A DNA stretch of 64,000 bases from Candidatus Dojkabacteria bacterium (lineage in GTDB: Bacteria > Patescibacteriota > Dojkabacteria > GCA-002793355). The notes beneath the pieces are model-generated. The model ran no database searches and was not told the origin of the DNA. It saw only the letters and a list, made by a program, of their open reading frames with translations. The stretch lies in the NCBI GenBank assembly GCA_030583685.1, contig CP129470.1:212345-276344 (forward strand). The letters are read 5' to 3'. The first letter of the stretch is position 1. Every line of letters begins with the position of its first letter. A program made the position numbers and the translations under genes. Below are positions 8,000 through 18,376 of this stretch, piece after piece.

Positions 8000-10827
8000 C
8001 CTCCGAGTAGAAGCGGTGCAATCAGCGTAAATAACCGAACGTACCCAATGACTGTTGCGTCAAGATAATCAATTTCTATAGTCACGTTGCCTTCCGGTAA
8101 CAAAAACGCTTGCATAAATCCGTACGCTCTCACGCTTTCTAGCTCCACTCGTTCTCCCAATGATAGTTGGGCACTCGCTCGCCAACCTGGATCATATAAC
8201 TCACTCACAAGTAACACGTCGCCACGTTCATATTGCTGAACACCACCTGTAAAGCGAACAGGGGAGTGCCGCGTTAAGGAAATGTAGCTTCTATCTGATT
8301 TCGCTTGGATTGCAGAGGGAACAAACACGACAACTCCTGTTTGCAGCTCAATTTTGTCTTCTGTGGTTACCCATAGTTCCTCAGTTGAAAGACACGATAC
8401 TTGCTCTTGGTTTACCATGACCACTGCATCACGACAGAGTATTCGAAATTCTCCAGCAGGAAGGTGTAGTTCGCTTTCTTGTGCATACGATACCAACATT
8501 ATGGTATCACTTTCGATCTCTTGAGTTAAACGATCGACCTCATCTTCAGCAATCAACACAATTTCTTGAACGGCAGCGAAACCTTTTTTGTTTTGGACTG
8601 AAACTGAAATATTCTGAGTTACTTCATCAACAGACAGAATTCCAATACGTACCCAAGAAAAATGTGGGATTACCGATGCCGTTGAAACGCGTGTTGTTGC
8701 AGTATCAAAAACAAATTTAAGTTCATCGGACTTTGGTGAAAAGAATACACGAGCAAGTGCGACATAGGCACCTTTGCGTTCAGGAAGAGGAAGCGAAATC
8801 TCCATCGTTGCATCCTCCGCATAAGTAAATGCCGTCCCTCGGAACTTATCTGTCTGGTATGACGGAATCTCGAATTCTTGGAGATAATAAATAAACGGTT
8901 CCTGTACTAATTGAGCAGTTGTTCCCTTTGACCATATTTTTTCTGGAAGATGTCTATCCAGGCTTTCATAAACAGACGAAACTGTTGCCTGACAGCTCTG
9001 CTGTAAGCGGCAGTCGGAAACGATCATATCATAGGGAACTTCAGAGAGTTCTCGTATGCGCGTAGTGGACTGCACCGGTTGATCTACTGGAATAAACGAA
9101 AAGTTATTTTCACTTAATACATCCCAAACTCGAGGATCTTCAACGACATCGTACATGGTTTGTTGCACACGAGCATTAATTCCATCTTCAAGAAGCGCCG
9201 TCTTTCGAAGCAGAGAAGTATTGTCTGCAAACGTTGTTCCTCTTGTTGTTATTTGTGGTGGTTGTGCGCCAAAAATATCGTAGCGAGCGATGATGTGATT
9301 AATTAACAAATCTTTTGCGAGTTCACGAGAGTGTGATTCTTTTTCTAAATAGTTCGTCATCGGAAGGGTGACTGAACTTGAATTTCCATACCGATTGCCG
9401 ATACTTTTTGTTACCATGTCTGGCGTTTTACCAAAGTCCCACGATAATCGAGGTAACCCATACAGTTCAGGCCTTTCCGTAGGGGACAACCACAAAACTT
9501 TGCTATACTCCCCAATTTCTGTCTGTAACTCTGCATACTGTCGTGGAAAAATTACCGGCGAAAATGACTTCCACAGCAAAGAGAAGGAAAAATACGAAAA
9601 TACCAAAAAAAGCACACCGATTAATGGAATAAAACGACGAGATGCCAGTCCAACAAAAGACTTTTCTGAAAAAGTAGAGAAACTCACTGACCACACAAGA
9701 ACATACAGAATTGGTAACAGCAATAAAATCCTTGCCCATTCACGAAACACCAAAAACCCTCCCAGAATTCCTACTGAAGATGCCCACTCAACACCAGCAC
9801 GAACAATTTCATTATTCATGCCAGAACCAAGGATAAGAACAATTGCCGCAAACACGCTTAACGCAACAAGAAACCACACATCCCTCCAAGATTTGGTCAG
9901 AAGTGCACGTATCAGCAACACAACCAGAGAAACACCAGCAAAAATGGTAATCACTACTGCAATCGCTTGATAATACTGCATATCAGACATATCGGTCATG
10001 TACCACCAGTTGTTGGTAAAGGTCAGTGAATTTTCAACACTCCCATTCCGCGAGAGTAACTCAAACATTGAGATATTTGCAGGAATTGGATACTGCGAAG
10101 AAGGAAAGAGTAATGAGAGGAATATTTGAATATTCAAGACGAGGTAGCCAAGCGCACCAGAGAGAAGAAAACTGACCGCATTTTTTATTGACTTCCGCGC
10201 AACAAATAACGACAACAATCCAATCAACAATGCACCATATACCAACCCGTGAGGAAAGACAAAAAATTGACTAAATACTAAGGCAAGTGCAATGAGAGAA
10301 TGCTTTCTACCAAACTTCGCATAATCAAAAGCGAGCGATGCCAAATACGGAGTTACCAGATACCCAAACCAGATATAGATATGTATGACACGCCCAACGG
10401 CATAGAAATTCAGGAAGTAGAAAAGGAGTAGTGCGGCTACTGCAGTTGCACCCAATGGTGATTGTAATTCTTGACGAAATAATTTGTAAAAACCAAAAAC
10501 ACCAAGACTTAATGCAATTGCAGTCATTACCGACCACACCCACGACTCAGTTGCACCAAGAAGACTTGCTGCGAGAAAGAGAACACCCGGCAGCGATGCA
10601 TAGCGAAAATATTCTAACGAAAATGAAGACCCCGCGCTGTCATACGGAAAAAGAATTTTTTGAAAGGCTAAATCTCCTGATTTTGGACCAATCAAGGCAC
10701 TTAAATCGGCAAAGGAAAAGGTGAGAGAAGGCGCAAGAACAGGAAGTAAAATCATAATATGCGCCAGAAAAACAAGCGCGACTGCAACAAGAAAAATATA
10801 TAATGAAAACAACGGAAAGCGTTTCAT
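7942..10827 (-). CDS. YfhO-like GT-C membrane glycosyltransferase (962 aa; N-terminal about 13 TM, large C-terminal extracytoplasmic domain); start trimmed to MKRFPLFSLYIF
   Basis: Architecture typical of YfhO/ArnT-like enzymes that use polyprenyl-P-sugar donors; internal ATG at 10825-10827 avoids a 63-aa non-hydrophobic leader and clears the neighbouring gene. Confidence 0.5.
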   Translation of the reverse strand: MKRFPLFSLYIFLVAVALVFLAHIMILLPVLAPSLTFSFADLSALIGPKSGDLAFQKILFPYDSAGSSFSLEYFRYASLPGVLFLAASLLGATESWVWSVMTAIALSLGVFGFYKLFRQELQSPLGATAVAALLLFYFLNFYAVGRVIHIYIWFGYLVTPYLASLAFDYAKFGRKHSLIALALVFSQFFVFPHGLVYGALLIGLLSLFVARKSIKNAVSFLLSGALGYLVLNIQIFLSLLFPSSQYPIPANISMFELLSRNGSVENSLTFTNNWWYMTDMSDMQYYQAIAVVITIFAGVSLVVLLIRALLTKSWRDVWFLVALSVFAAIVLILGSGMNNEIVRAGVEWASSVGILGGFLVFREWARILLLLPILYVLVWSVSFSTFSEKSFVGLASRRFIPLIGVLFLVFSYFSFSLLWKSFSPVIFPRQYAELQTEIGEYSKVLWLSPTERPELYGLPRLSWDFGKTPDMVTKSIGNRYGNSSSVTLPMTNYLEKESHSRELAKDLLINHIIARYDIFGAQPPQITTRGTTFADNTSLLRKTALLEDGINARVQQTMYDVVEDPRVWDVLSENNFSFIPVDQPVQSTTRIRELSEVPYDMIVSDCRLQQSCQATVSSVYESLDRHLPEKIWSKGTTAQLVQEPFIYYLQEFEIPSYQTDKFRGTAFTYAEDATMEISLPLPERKGAYVALARVFFSPKSDELKFVFDTATTRVSTASVIPHFSWVRIGILSVDEVTQNISVSVQNKKGFAAVQEIVLIAEDEVDRLTQEIESDTIMLVSYAQESELHLPAGEFRILCRDAVVMVNQEQVSCLSTEELWVTTEDKIELQTGVVVFVPSAIQAKSDRSYISLTRHSPVRFTGGVQQYERGDVLLVSELYDPGWRASAQLSLGERVELESVRAYGFMQAFLLPEGNVTIEIDYLDATVIGYVRLFTLIAPLLLGGYWLVLYVNKDGSAFTKRR

Positions 10828-10928
10828 ATGATAGTGTAGTGAGTTTTTGGGAGAGAGTAAAGAGGAAAAAAGGTACTGCGGCTTCACAAAGTTCTTATGG
10901 GGTTTGTGAAGCCGAGCACGGCAAGATG

Positions 10929-11753
10929 TTACGGCGTAGGCACCTCCTGCAGGGCGAAGGAACAATTGGTTGGGTGGAAAATCTCCATGTTGTTCACTCC
11001 GGCATTCAGGTACCATACCTCCGCGAATTTCACATCCTGACCATTGATAGTCCCCTTGAAATCAAGATCACCTCGGAGAGGTGTGGTGGTTTCAATGGTC
11101 AAGGGACCGCACAAGCCAGGGAGATCCGTCTCGTGGAATTCTGTTCGACCATAAAGGTCTCCCTGCCACAGAATCGTTCCCGACGCCTCATGAGTTATCA
11201 CAACCCAGGCGATTGACGAAACTTCGACATCCTGATAGTACGTGAAAGGCGTGATGTCTTGTAGCGCGAACGCGCACTCGCCCTTCGGATGGCTCACGGA
11301 CAAGGTATTCCAGCCTTCAACGAGATACCACGCTTCCGCAAACTTTACGGATTCGCGATTAACATCGCCGGAGAAGTCAAGATCCCCTTTGAGCTCCTTC
11401 GTTGTGTAAACCCTCATTTCCCCGCTGCATATCGTCGGATAATCCGCGACGTGGAATTCCATCCTCCCAGTTAAGTCACCATCGACGATGGTGTCATTCT
11501 GGAAGTCCACGATCCTTACATATGCGGACCACGGCACCAGCGTCGCGGCTTCGGCAGCTTCGGCTTCGGGCGTCGCAGCTTCGGATTCGGGCGTCGCCGT
11601 GGTTTCGTCGGCTTCGGGCGCGGCAGTTTCGGTCGGCATCGCCGTCGGTTGCGCCTCATCAGCGGATGAGGTGGTGGTTACACGCATGGCAACAAACACC
11701 AGCGCAGCGACGATAATCGACGCTCCACCAATTTCAACGAACTTTTTAAACAT
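10929..11753 (-). CDS. secreted/anchored protein with acidic Ala/Glu/Pro/Thr linker and two internal about 90-aa Cys-containing repeats; compositionally foreign (GC-rich)
   Basis: N-terminal hydrophobic segment; ATPESEAATPEAEAAEAAT linker; repeat GDL.G..EFH..D.P..C…GDLDF.G…VKFAE.WYL…HP..C.FALQ twice; DNA at 11521-11700 is above 60% GC versus about 40% background; strong GGAGG Shine-Dalgarno 7 nt upstream. Confidence 0.6.
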   Translation of the reverse strand: MFKKFVEIGGASIIVAALVFVAMRVTTTSSADEAQPTAMPTETAAPEADETTATPESEAATPEAEAAEAATLVPWSAYVRIVDFQNDTIVDGDLTGRMEFHVADYPTICSGEMRVYTTKELKGDLDFSGDVNRESVKFAEAWYLVEGWNTLSVSHPKGECAFALQDITPFTYYQDVEVSSIAWVVITHEASGTILWQGDLYGRTEFHETDLPGLCGPLTIETTTPLRGDLDFKGTINGQDVKFAEVWYLNAGVNNMEIFHPTNCSFALQEVPTP

Positions 11754-11876
11754 GTTAGCCTCCTCAGCTAAAGAAAAAGGATGATACCTTGCATTCAGCC
11801 GTCACCAGGACGTACCAGGCTGAATGGTGCTAAATCTCGGGGTTCTCCCCAAAATCCAAGGACGATGGAAAACCCA

Positions 11877-11920
11877 TCTCACACACTCAACACCCCAAAA
11901 GAGTTGCTCAGTGTGTGAGA
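11877..11920. other. stable hairpin (11-bp perfect stem tctcacacact/agtgtgtgaga, 22-nt loop with extra internal pairing) in a 552-bp non-coding region
   Basis: Read directly; no adjacent U-tract; sits in the 3' UTR of 12306..14153 and in the 5' region of 10929..11753. Confidence 0.4.
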
Positions 11921-12305
11921 CAGAAGTCCATTCCCTCACCATTCATTACCATTTATCCGTAAATCTTTGCCGTTTGCTTGAATGATGTTTTCGGAGAGAC
12001 TGCACTCGAAAGTACAATTTCATCCTGAAACGTTCAAGCAGTTGTTAACGAACTGGAAGCTTTCGCTTCCCACGTGTTCCGGAGCTTTCGCATCTCAGAA
12101 CAGACAAACCACCAAAAATTTTGGTCGCATGGCTGTTCGGAGAAATTTCTTATAGTACGGGGTCAGATCTGGAATACATCATTCTTTTCTCCGAGGGCGT
12201 CCCCATTAATAAAGAGCAGTGGGGAATTATAACAAGTCCCATAGTCTTTGTCAAGGCCGCAAACCCGACTCTCATACTCCCCTTCGGGTGTTGTTATGTA
12301 ACTTT

Positions 12306-14153
12306 TTACGCCGCAGCTGGACCTGTCAAACGGAATATTTTTGCAAGAACTGGGTTATCGCGAAGGTCCCGTTGAGAAAGCTTGAAACGAGCCTTCTGCG
12401 TTTGAGCTTTCGATGCTTTTTGGAATTCAGGATGATTAATGAAATTCTTCAATATTCTCGTGAAATCTGATAATCGTACGTTTTCATCTCGTAGCAGAGC
12501 AGGATTTTCTACAAGATTCCAAATATATTGTGGATTCGCGGCAAACGCTACATTGTCTGTTTCCCACATATGCAAATAAGGTGGATCAAAAGCTAAATCA
12601 TCCGCAACCGTTGCAACAAAAACCATAGGATAAGCTTTATAAACTGTTCTGAAACATTCAATATACTCTGCAAACTCTTCTTGTCTTTTTTTTGTTACCA
12701 CATCAGGCATAGGAATTGGTGTGCCAAAATGAATTAAATCCCAATACTGTCGAGTGATTTCTTTTTCTGTTCTCACAGCATCTTGAACTGCCGCAACATC
12801 GCCCACGTTCTCTCCTTCCGCAGGAGTAGGGGATTCAAGAGTTGGCTGTACCGTTTCACTTCCGCCTTCTTCAACCACAGAATCCCCCCGGTCAGAGGGA
12901 TCTTCGGTCACTTCTTCAAGAAGTGTTGCTGATTGAATTTCTGTTTCAAATATGTGTCGTTCTGCTGCGCGATGGCTATGAAAATGCTCCATTTTATGCA
13001 AAAAATCTTCTCGAGAAAGTGGCTTATCTCTAAGTGCAGAAAAAAACTGCACAGCAAGATGTGTCATTTTTTCATCCCAATTTATGCTATCAGGGAACAT
13101 AATTGCTTTTGAAATTGCATCTGCCACAACTTCAATTGAAGCACCTTCAAAATATTGTTGATATTGCCAAAGAAGATCCCCGTCAAGCTCGACCATTCCT
13201 GATTGCATTTGTTCGAAAAGATATTTTCCAATACGGTAACACACAGATTTGTTATACGTTATTTCATTGTAGCTACTCACCTGTTGTTCTCGCATCATAA
13301 TCTCTAAGATGCCGAGAAACACACCGTAACCTGTCGTATTGATCCCTTCAAGATTAGGGTCTTGTCTAAATTGCTCCACCACCGTTCTCCCTATGTTCTT
13401 CCGAAATGACGGAATGTGATACATTGTTTCAGAATTGAAGAACAAATTGGGCAACTCAGTTGTTCGTTTCATAACTTGATTAACTGTTGCTGTAACCTCA
13501 AATAGCTTGTCTAATGGCAATACCGTTTCTGGAAACATGAGTCTGTAGTCACCGGCATGAACGCCTTCATGTACCATAACAAATCGCGCCCACTGACTAT
13601 TTGGATCGCCGTTCGATTCAACTGTTAACATTCTCTCATTAGGATCAAAAATTCCCGCAGCTAACAGATCTGTTGTATTAGAAATTGTCGATATAAAATA
13701 TCCAGCATTATTTCCAAAAAGAATTTGAACCAATTCAGCAGTTGAAATTGCATATGATTCCTTGTGAGGATCAAAATCGTACTTGGGATAGCTAGGTCCG
13801 TCCCAGTGAATATGCTGGGCGACATCGAGATCTTCCATAAACCTCTCTGGTAACGTTGTCAACTGCAAAGCCCTTCTCGCTTCAAGAATTTCGTACAGAT
13901 GATAATACTGTCGCGGAGTAAGTTCCTTGTCCCGTACATCACGAATCGCAATTATTTCATCTGGAAATATCCTACTGAGTGCAGAAGCAATAGGCACACC
14001 CAAAGCAAGCCCAACGGGAATACCAATCATACACCCAAGAATCAGTCGTCGTATTGCACCCGCATCTTGAGATTGATCGTAGTGGTTTTTTCCCTCGGTT
14101 TTGCTACCTCTCTTTGCCTGAGGTTCTTGTACTTGGTTTCTACGTCCCATCAT
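12306..14153 (-). CDS. large hypothetical protein (615 aa) with N-terminal TM helix and HExxH motif (putative zinc metallopeptidase-like)
   Basis: LILGCMIGIPVGLALGVPIASAL hydrophobic segment; VMVHEGVHAGDY; no other recognisable motif. Confidence 0.5.
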   Translation of the reverse strand: MMGRRNQVQEPQAKRGSKTEGKNHYDQSQDAGAIRRLILGCMIGIPVGLALGVPIASALSRIFPDEIIAIRDVRDKELTPRQYYHLYEILEARRALQLTTLPERFMEDLDVAQHIHWDGPSYPKYDFDPHKESYAISTAELVQILFGNNAGYFISTISNTTDLLAAGIFDPNERMLTVESNGDPNSQWARFVMVHEGVHAGDYRLMFPETVLPLDKLFEVTATVNQVMKRTTELPNLFFNSETMYHIPSFRKNIGRTVVEQFRQDPNLEGINTTGYGVFLGILEIMMREQQVSSYNEITYNKSVCYRIGKYLFEQMQSGMVELDGDLLWQYQQYFEGASIEVVADAISKAIMFPDSINWDEKMTHLAVQFFSALRDKPLSREDFLHKMEHFHSHRAAERHIFETEIQSATLLEEVTEDPSDRGDSVVEEGGSETVQPTLESPTPAEGENVGDVAAVQDAVRTEKEITRQYWDLIHFGTPIPMPDVVTKKRQEEFAEYIECFRTVYKAYPMVFVATVADDLAFDPPYLHMWETDNVAFAANPQYIWNLVENPALLRDENVRLSDFTRILKNFINHPEFQKASKAQTQKARFKLSQRDLRDNPVLAKIFRLTGPAAA

Positions 14154-14290
14154 AATTTCTTTTCAGTTAAAGATACTAGTTAAGGTCATCCTAACTGTAT
14201 ATATTTATTCAAATTTATTCTCCGCTTCAAATAATACCGCATTCCCCGATTGCTTTGCAAATAATGAGTTAAAAATGATATAATTCACCT

Positions 14291-16840
14291 ATGTCTTCTG
14301 CAGGACAAGAACCAAACCCAAAACCACCTTTATATAGACACTCAAGGCAGGATTCGAAGATCTATTATCTTCCAAACAGTGCTTCACAGATAGAGTCTGC
14401 AATAAAGAATGGTACTGTTTTCGTTATCCAACCAGGAAATGGCAATAGAATTGCCTCGAGGCCGAGTGAAAGTTCAACCTATCATGATGTTACGCCACAA
14501 AAGTTCGACAAAGAAAATCCTTCAGGATCGATACAGAAACTCGTGCAGACAATTCCCGATTCATTGCGAACTCCCGAATCACGTGGAGTCTTTTTTGTTA
14601 AACAAATTGCACTTTCACTACTTGAAGCACGTGGCCAAACAAGCTTACGGCAAGAAGACATTAGTGCTATTGCCCACGAAACTCTCAATGCGTTAACTAT
14701 TGCAATAAAAGAAAAGCACTGTGATGAGTCCTTAAGTGTCGATGAACAAAAAGATGCTCTTGCATTTGCAGCTAGTCTTACGAAGGCAACTCCTGAAAAA
14801 GTAGTAAAAACACTCGATAGTCATCTCGACGACGTTGCAGGTATAACAATTTCAAACATCCATGCTGCTGCGACACAGGTGAGAGAAGCTGCAGGAAATG
14901 CGCAGATTGCAATAGAAGCACCCCTATTTGTTCCAATGCAGATTGGCCCGGCAAAATCAAGAAGTGGCTTTACCGTGCAGGTCCTGGACAGTGATCGTAC
15001 ATTGTCTTATGTTGCAAATGCAGTAGATATGATGGAACTTGCTCCAAAACCGGCCGAGCCAGAACCTAATTCCTTGCTGAGAGGAATTGAACAACTTTCC
15101 CAGCGGAATGAACATTTCGAACGCATACAAAACGATACCGTAGGCAACGGTAATGTGGCAGAAATTACGATAGAAGTTGGTGGTCGAGAGATTCCTTTGC
15201 ACCTTGCCCTCGATATCCAAGGAAAACTTCCAAAAGATAATGTACAACCGTTTCTCCAGAGAGTTGCTGACAATATTGCCCAACATGCAAGCAAACCAGG
15301 AACTGTTGACGCATTCGTACAAACACTTGTTCAGCAAATTACAATTGTCGGCGGCGACTTAAACCTTACCTGCAATAATCTTGCATATTATGCACACGAC
15401 CCGAAGACAAATGGTGACTTTTATGGCTCTGTTGGCAATGCCCGAGTCCTTCTCGTTGATACTTCCAATCCTGCCAATACACGCCTGGCACGTGAAAACA
15501 AATTAGGAGTTCAATCGAAACCGAATATTGCCATTGTACTTGGTACAAATAACGCGCTAAACCCGTCAAACATTAATGAAGTTAGAAGCTTAGTTCAACA
15601 AAATCGACTCGAAGGTTACTTGAGATCAATACACCAACAACACGGAGCACTGAGGTTTATTCCTTCGGAGGAAAATTCCCATGTAACAACTGTCGCGAAT
15701 CGCATCAATGCAACGCTACGGGATGCCTTACAGGTAAACCCAGAGAGTAGAGACACGAAAATTGTCGCATTCCTCAAGGTAATGGCGACTCATATTGAGA
15801 GGTCGCAACTTCTCAGTATGTTTCAGAGATTGCCGAGCTTGAAAATTTTTGGATCACTTGTTGAAATTATCAAGAGAATTGACCAAAATGAAGATAAACT
15901 ACTCGACTTCATTAAGAACTTAAATATTGAACAAATAAAGAGCGCGCGAGATACGATAGCTCAGAGATTTGGAGATAATCCTCCCGAAATTCTCATGAGT
16001 GATTTCGATAAACTTATTAAGTTTTTGGAAGAGAAGCAACAAGACCTTAAACCACGACAACCGATGACGCAGCATGAGGGAGAATTGATGGGTGCTACAC
16101 AACCTACTAAAGCACAACGTCAGACGTGGATACAAGATAGAACAGAGGCCAAACAACAACTACTTCTTCAAGTAAAAGAGGTTCGTTCACACGCCAAACA
16201 TGAGGGACATACAGCACACACTTTTTCATTTGATTATGCTGGTGGTACATTGCATATTGCGATGACATCACCAACATTACCAGAGAAAGAATTAAAAGCA
16301 ATGTGGGTTAAACTTGGTGAGCCGTATGAATTTATGGAGGAATACAGACCAGAACAAAGGATAGGAGAACTTATTATGAGCTTCGATCAGGGGTTAAGAG
16401 CTCATCCAGCGACTACGGCAGTCGTTTCTGTTGCATATGTCGTTGATAATAAGACAGTACTCGCAACATATGGAGGAGAAAAACAAAGATCCTACCTATT
16501 AATGAAGGATGGAACGGTACGCGAAGTGTCAAAGTATCCACCGGAGCTGGGAGCACCAAACCTGACAATTTCTAATCCTCAGGTTATTACTCACGAAAGC
16601 GCAATTGGAATACTTATGATTGCTTCGGATCATCCAATTCCCGACGAAAGGCTTGGCTTACTTGGATTCCAAAATGGATTAGTGAAAGGTGATCTCATAA
16701 CACTTTTACAAATGGCAATTAGACAAGAAAACAACTTGGAAAAGGATCCCGATGTGGCGTATCAGTATATCGCTTTTGGAGAAAAAACAACTCCTCTTCA
16801 ACGTGAGGATTATCAACCAGAAACTTCACCTCTTTTCTAA
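14291..16840 (+). CDS. large hypothetical soluble protein (849 aa)
   Basis: Long ORF with no TM and no recognisable motif; TATAAT (14279-14284) 6 nt before ATG. Confidence 0.5.
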   Translation: MSSAGQEPNPKPPLYRHSRQDSKIYYLPNSASQIESAIKNGTVFVIQPGNGNRIASRPSESSTYHDVTPQKFDKENPSGSIQKLVQTIPDSLRTPESRGVFFVKQIALSLLEARGQTSLRQEDISAIAHETLNALTIAIKEKHCDESLSVDEQKDALAFAASLTKATPEKVVKTLDSHLDDVAGITISNIHAAATQVREAAGNAQIAIEAPLFVPMQIGPAKSRSGFTVQVLDSDRTLSYVANAVDMMELAPKPAEPEPNSLLRGIEQLSQRNEHFERIQNDTVGNGNVAEITIEVGGREIPLHLALDIQGKLPKDNVQPFLQRVADNIAQHASKPGTVDAFVQTLVQQITIVGGDLNLTCNNLAYYAHDPKTNGDFYGSVGNARVLLVDTSNPANTRLARENKLGVQSKPNIAIVLGTNNALNPSNINEVRSLVQQNRLEGYLRSIHQQHGALRFIPSEENSHVTTVANRINATLRDALQVNPESRDTKIVAFLKVMATHIERSQLLSMFQRLPSLKIFGSLVEIIKRIDQNEDKLLDFIKNLNIEQIKSARDTIAQRFGDNPPEILMSDFDKLIKFLEEKQQDLKPRQPMTQHEGELMGATQPTKAQRQTWIQDRTEAKQQLLLQVKEVRSHAKHEGHTAHTFSFDYAGGTLHIAMTSPTLPEKELKAMWVKLGEPYEFMEEYRPEQRIGELIMSFDQGLRAHPATTAVVSVAYVVDNKTVLATYGGEKQRSYLLMKDGTVREVSKYPPELGAPNLTISNPQVITHESAIGILMIASDHPIPDERLGLLGFQNGLVKGDLITLLQMAIRQENNLEKDPDVAYQYIAFGEKTTPLQREDYQPETSPLF

Positions 16841-18294
16841 GAACCCTGTTCTTGAGCCAGTATAAAGTCAGGCATTATATTCTTGTAATGACGGTTTTCT
16901 TTCATGGTATTTGCATTAATCGACATAAAAGGAACGCCCTTGGTCCACATGCCTCGAAACACCATTGAGCCTGTTCCTAACACCTCTTCTTGGGTTCGAG
17001 GTATAATGTTTCTTTGATTTAAATAACTATTAAGCGAGATTAATGCTGCCTCTTTTGCCTTCCTATTGTATGTTTGACCGTCAAGCCATGCAATGAGCCT
17101 ATTGGGATATTCTGTAAATAACTCCCATCTTCTAGTTTGAGGATCTCTTATTAAAAATGTTTTCTGAGTAAACAACCCTTGTTTGATACCTACCAACTCA
17201 ATGAAACCCCTCCCTTTTGCAGTCTGAAGAACATTCCTACCAAACCTATCTTCCAACATCCTGTCTACTCTTTGTCCCATGCCTTCCTCTAGTGTACTAT
17301 GAATAGCTCTCTTATAGGATTCCCTCGTTTCAGCGAGTGTCCTGATATATTCGCCCATTAGTTTCTTTTCAGCACGAGTATAATACATCCGTTCTATCGC
17401 ATGAGTAACGGCACCAAAACCATCCATTGTTGTTGTTCCAAGAGCAGTGAGTATTCTACGAGCAAATGGTGGAATGAAATCAAGTGCGGAATCGATTTCG
17501 CTTCGATTGGAATTCTGTCGTGCTTTAGGGACCCTCTGAGCTGTAGGCACAGCAGATTGATTTTCAAATTGCATAAACTGATCCTTCAAAGTGCTTGCTG
17601 CAAACCCGAACTCAGACATTTGCTCAGGAGGAGTTACTAATCTGACTGTAATTCCTGCAATATAATCTGCCAAACAATCTTCTTCGGTACTATTAATCCT
17701 TTTAGATTCACCAACCAGTTGTCCTCCTGTTAAACGATCGCTATCTCTAACAATTGTTTGCGTTGAAAAGTATTTTTTTGCAATACCTTCTCTTGAATCA
17801 GGATGAGCCAACGCATAGTGAGCAAGTGACGCAATCGCGATATCTGTCGAGAATGTCTTAAAGTTGCCTAATTTTTGAGTGGCTTCTGGATCTTCTTTGA
17901 TTTTAGTATCGTAAACTGCCCTGAGGATGTCAATTGTCTGCTTTGGCAAAACAGTAACAACATTAAAGTTCTTTCTAAATTCAGGATTTATCATTTGATC
18001 GACAATTTGTCCTGCAAATCTGTCTCCTAATCCTTTTTCAGCTGCCCGTAAAAGCGTTTTCACCGTAGACATAACTTGACGGGCGTTTCGGGTATCCTGT
18101 TCACCTGACTTAGGAATAGGTGCAATATATCTATCAAGTTTTGGGTTATTAAATCTTGACGTAACAACTTCTTTATCACTTAGTCCTTTTGCTGTAACAT
18201 TATACGATGATACATCTCCCTTAGGTTCGGGATAATACAACATAAATGGTTCAGGAGCAGTTTTAATTTCAACAGAGGGCGTATTACTGGACAT
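16837..18294 (-). CDS. hypothetical protein (485 aa)
   Basis: Long ORF convergent with and overlapping 14291..16840 by 4 bp; no recognisable motif. Confidence 0.5.
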   Translation of the reverse strand: MSSNTPSVEIKTAPEPFMLYYPEPKGDVSSYNVTAKGLSDKEVVTSRFNNPKLDRYIAPIPKSGEQDTRNARQVMSTVKTLLRAAEKGLGDRFAGQIVDQMINPEFRKNFNVVTVLPKQTIDILRAVYDTKIKEDPEATQKLGNFKTFSTDIAIASLAHYALAHPDSREGIAKKYFSTQTIVRDSDRLTGGQLVGESKRINSTEEDCLADYIAGITVRLVTPPEQMSEFGFAASTLKDQFMQFENQSAVPTAQRVPKARQNSNRSEIDSALDFIPPFARRILTALGTTTMDGFGAVTHAIERMYYTRAEKKLMGEYIRTLAETRESYKRAIHSTLEEGMGQRVDRMLEDRFGRNVLQTAKGRGFIELVGIKQGLFTQKTFLIRDPQTRRWELFTEYPNRLIAWLDGQTYNRKAKEAALISLNSYLNQRNIIPRTQEEVLGTGSMVFRGMWTKGVPFMSINANTMKENRHYKNIMPDFILAQEQGS

Positions 18295-18376
18295 TACAAA
18301 ACTCTACCACATTCCCACTTCAACCGCAAAACTGCTTGCCCTAGCATTCAGCAACGCATTCATTGTATAATTCCTC

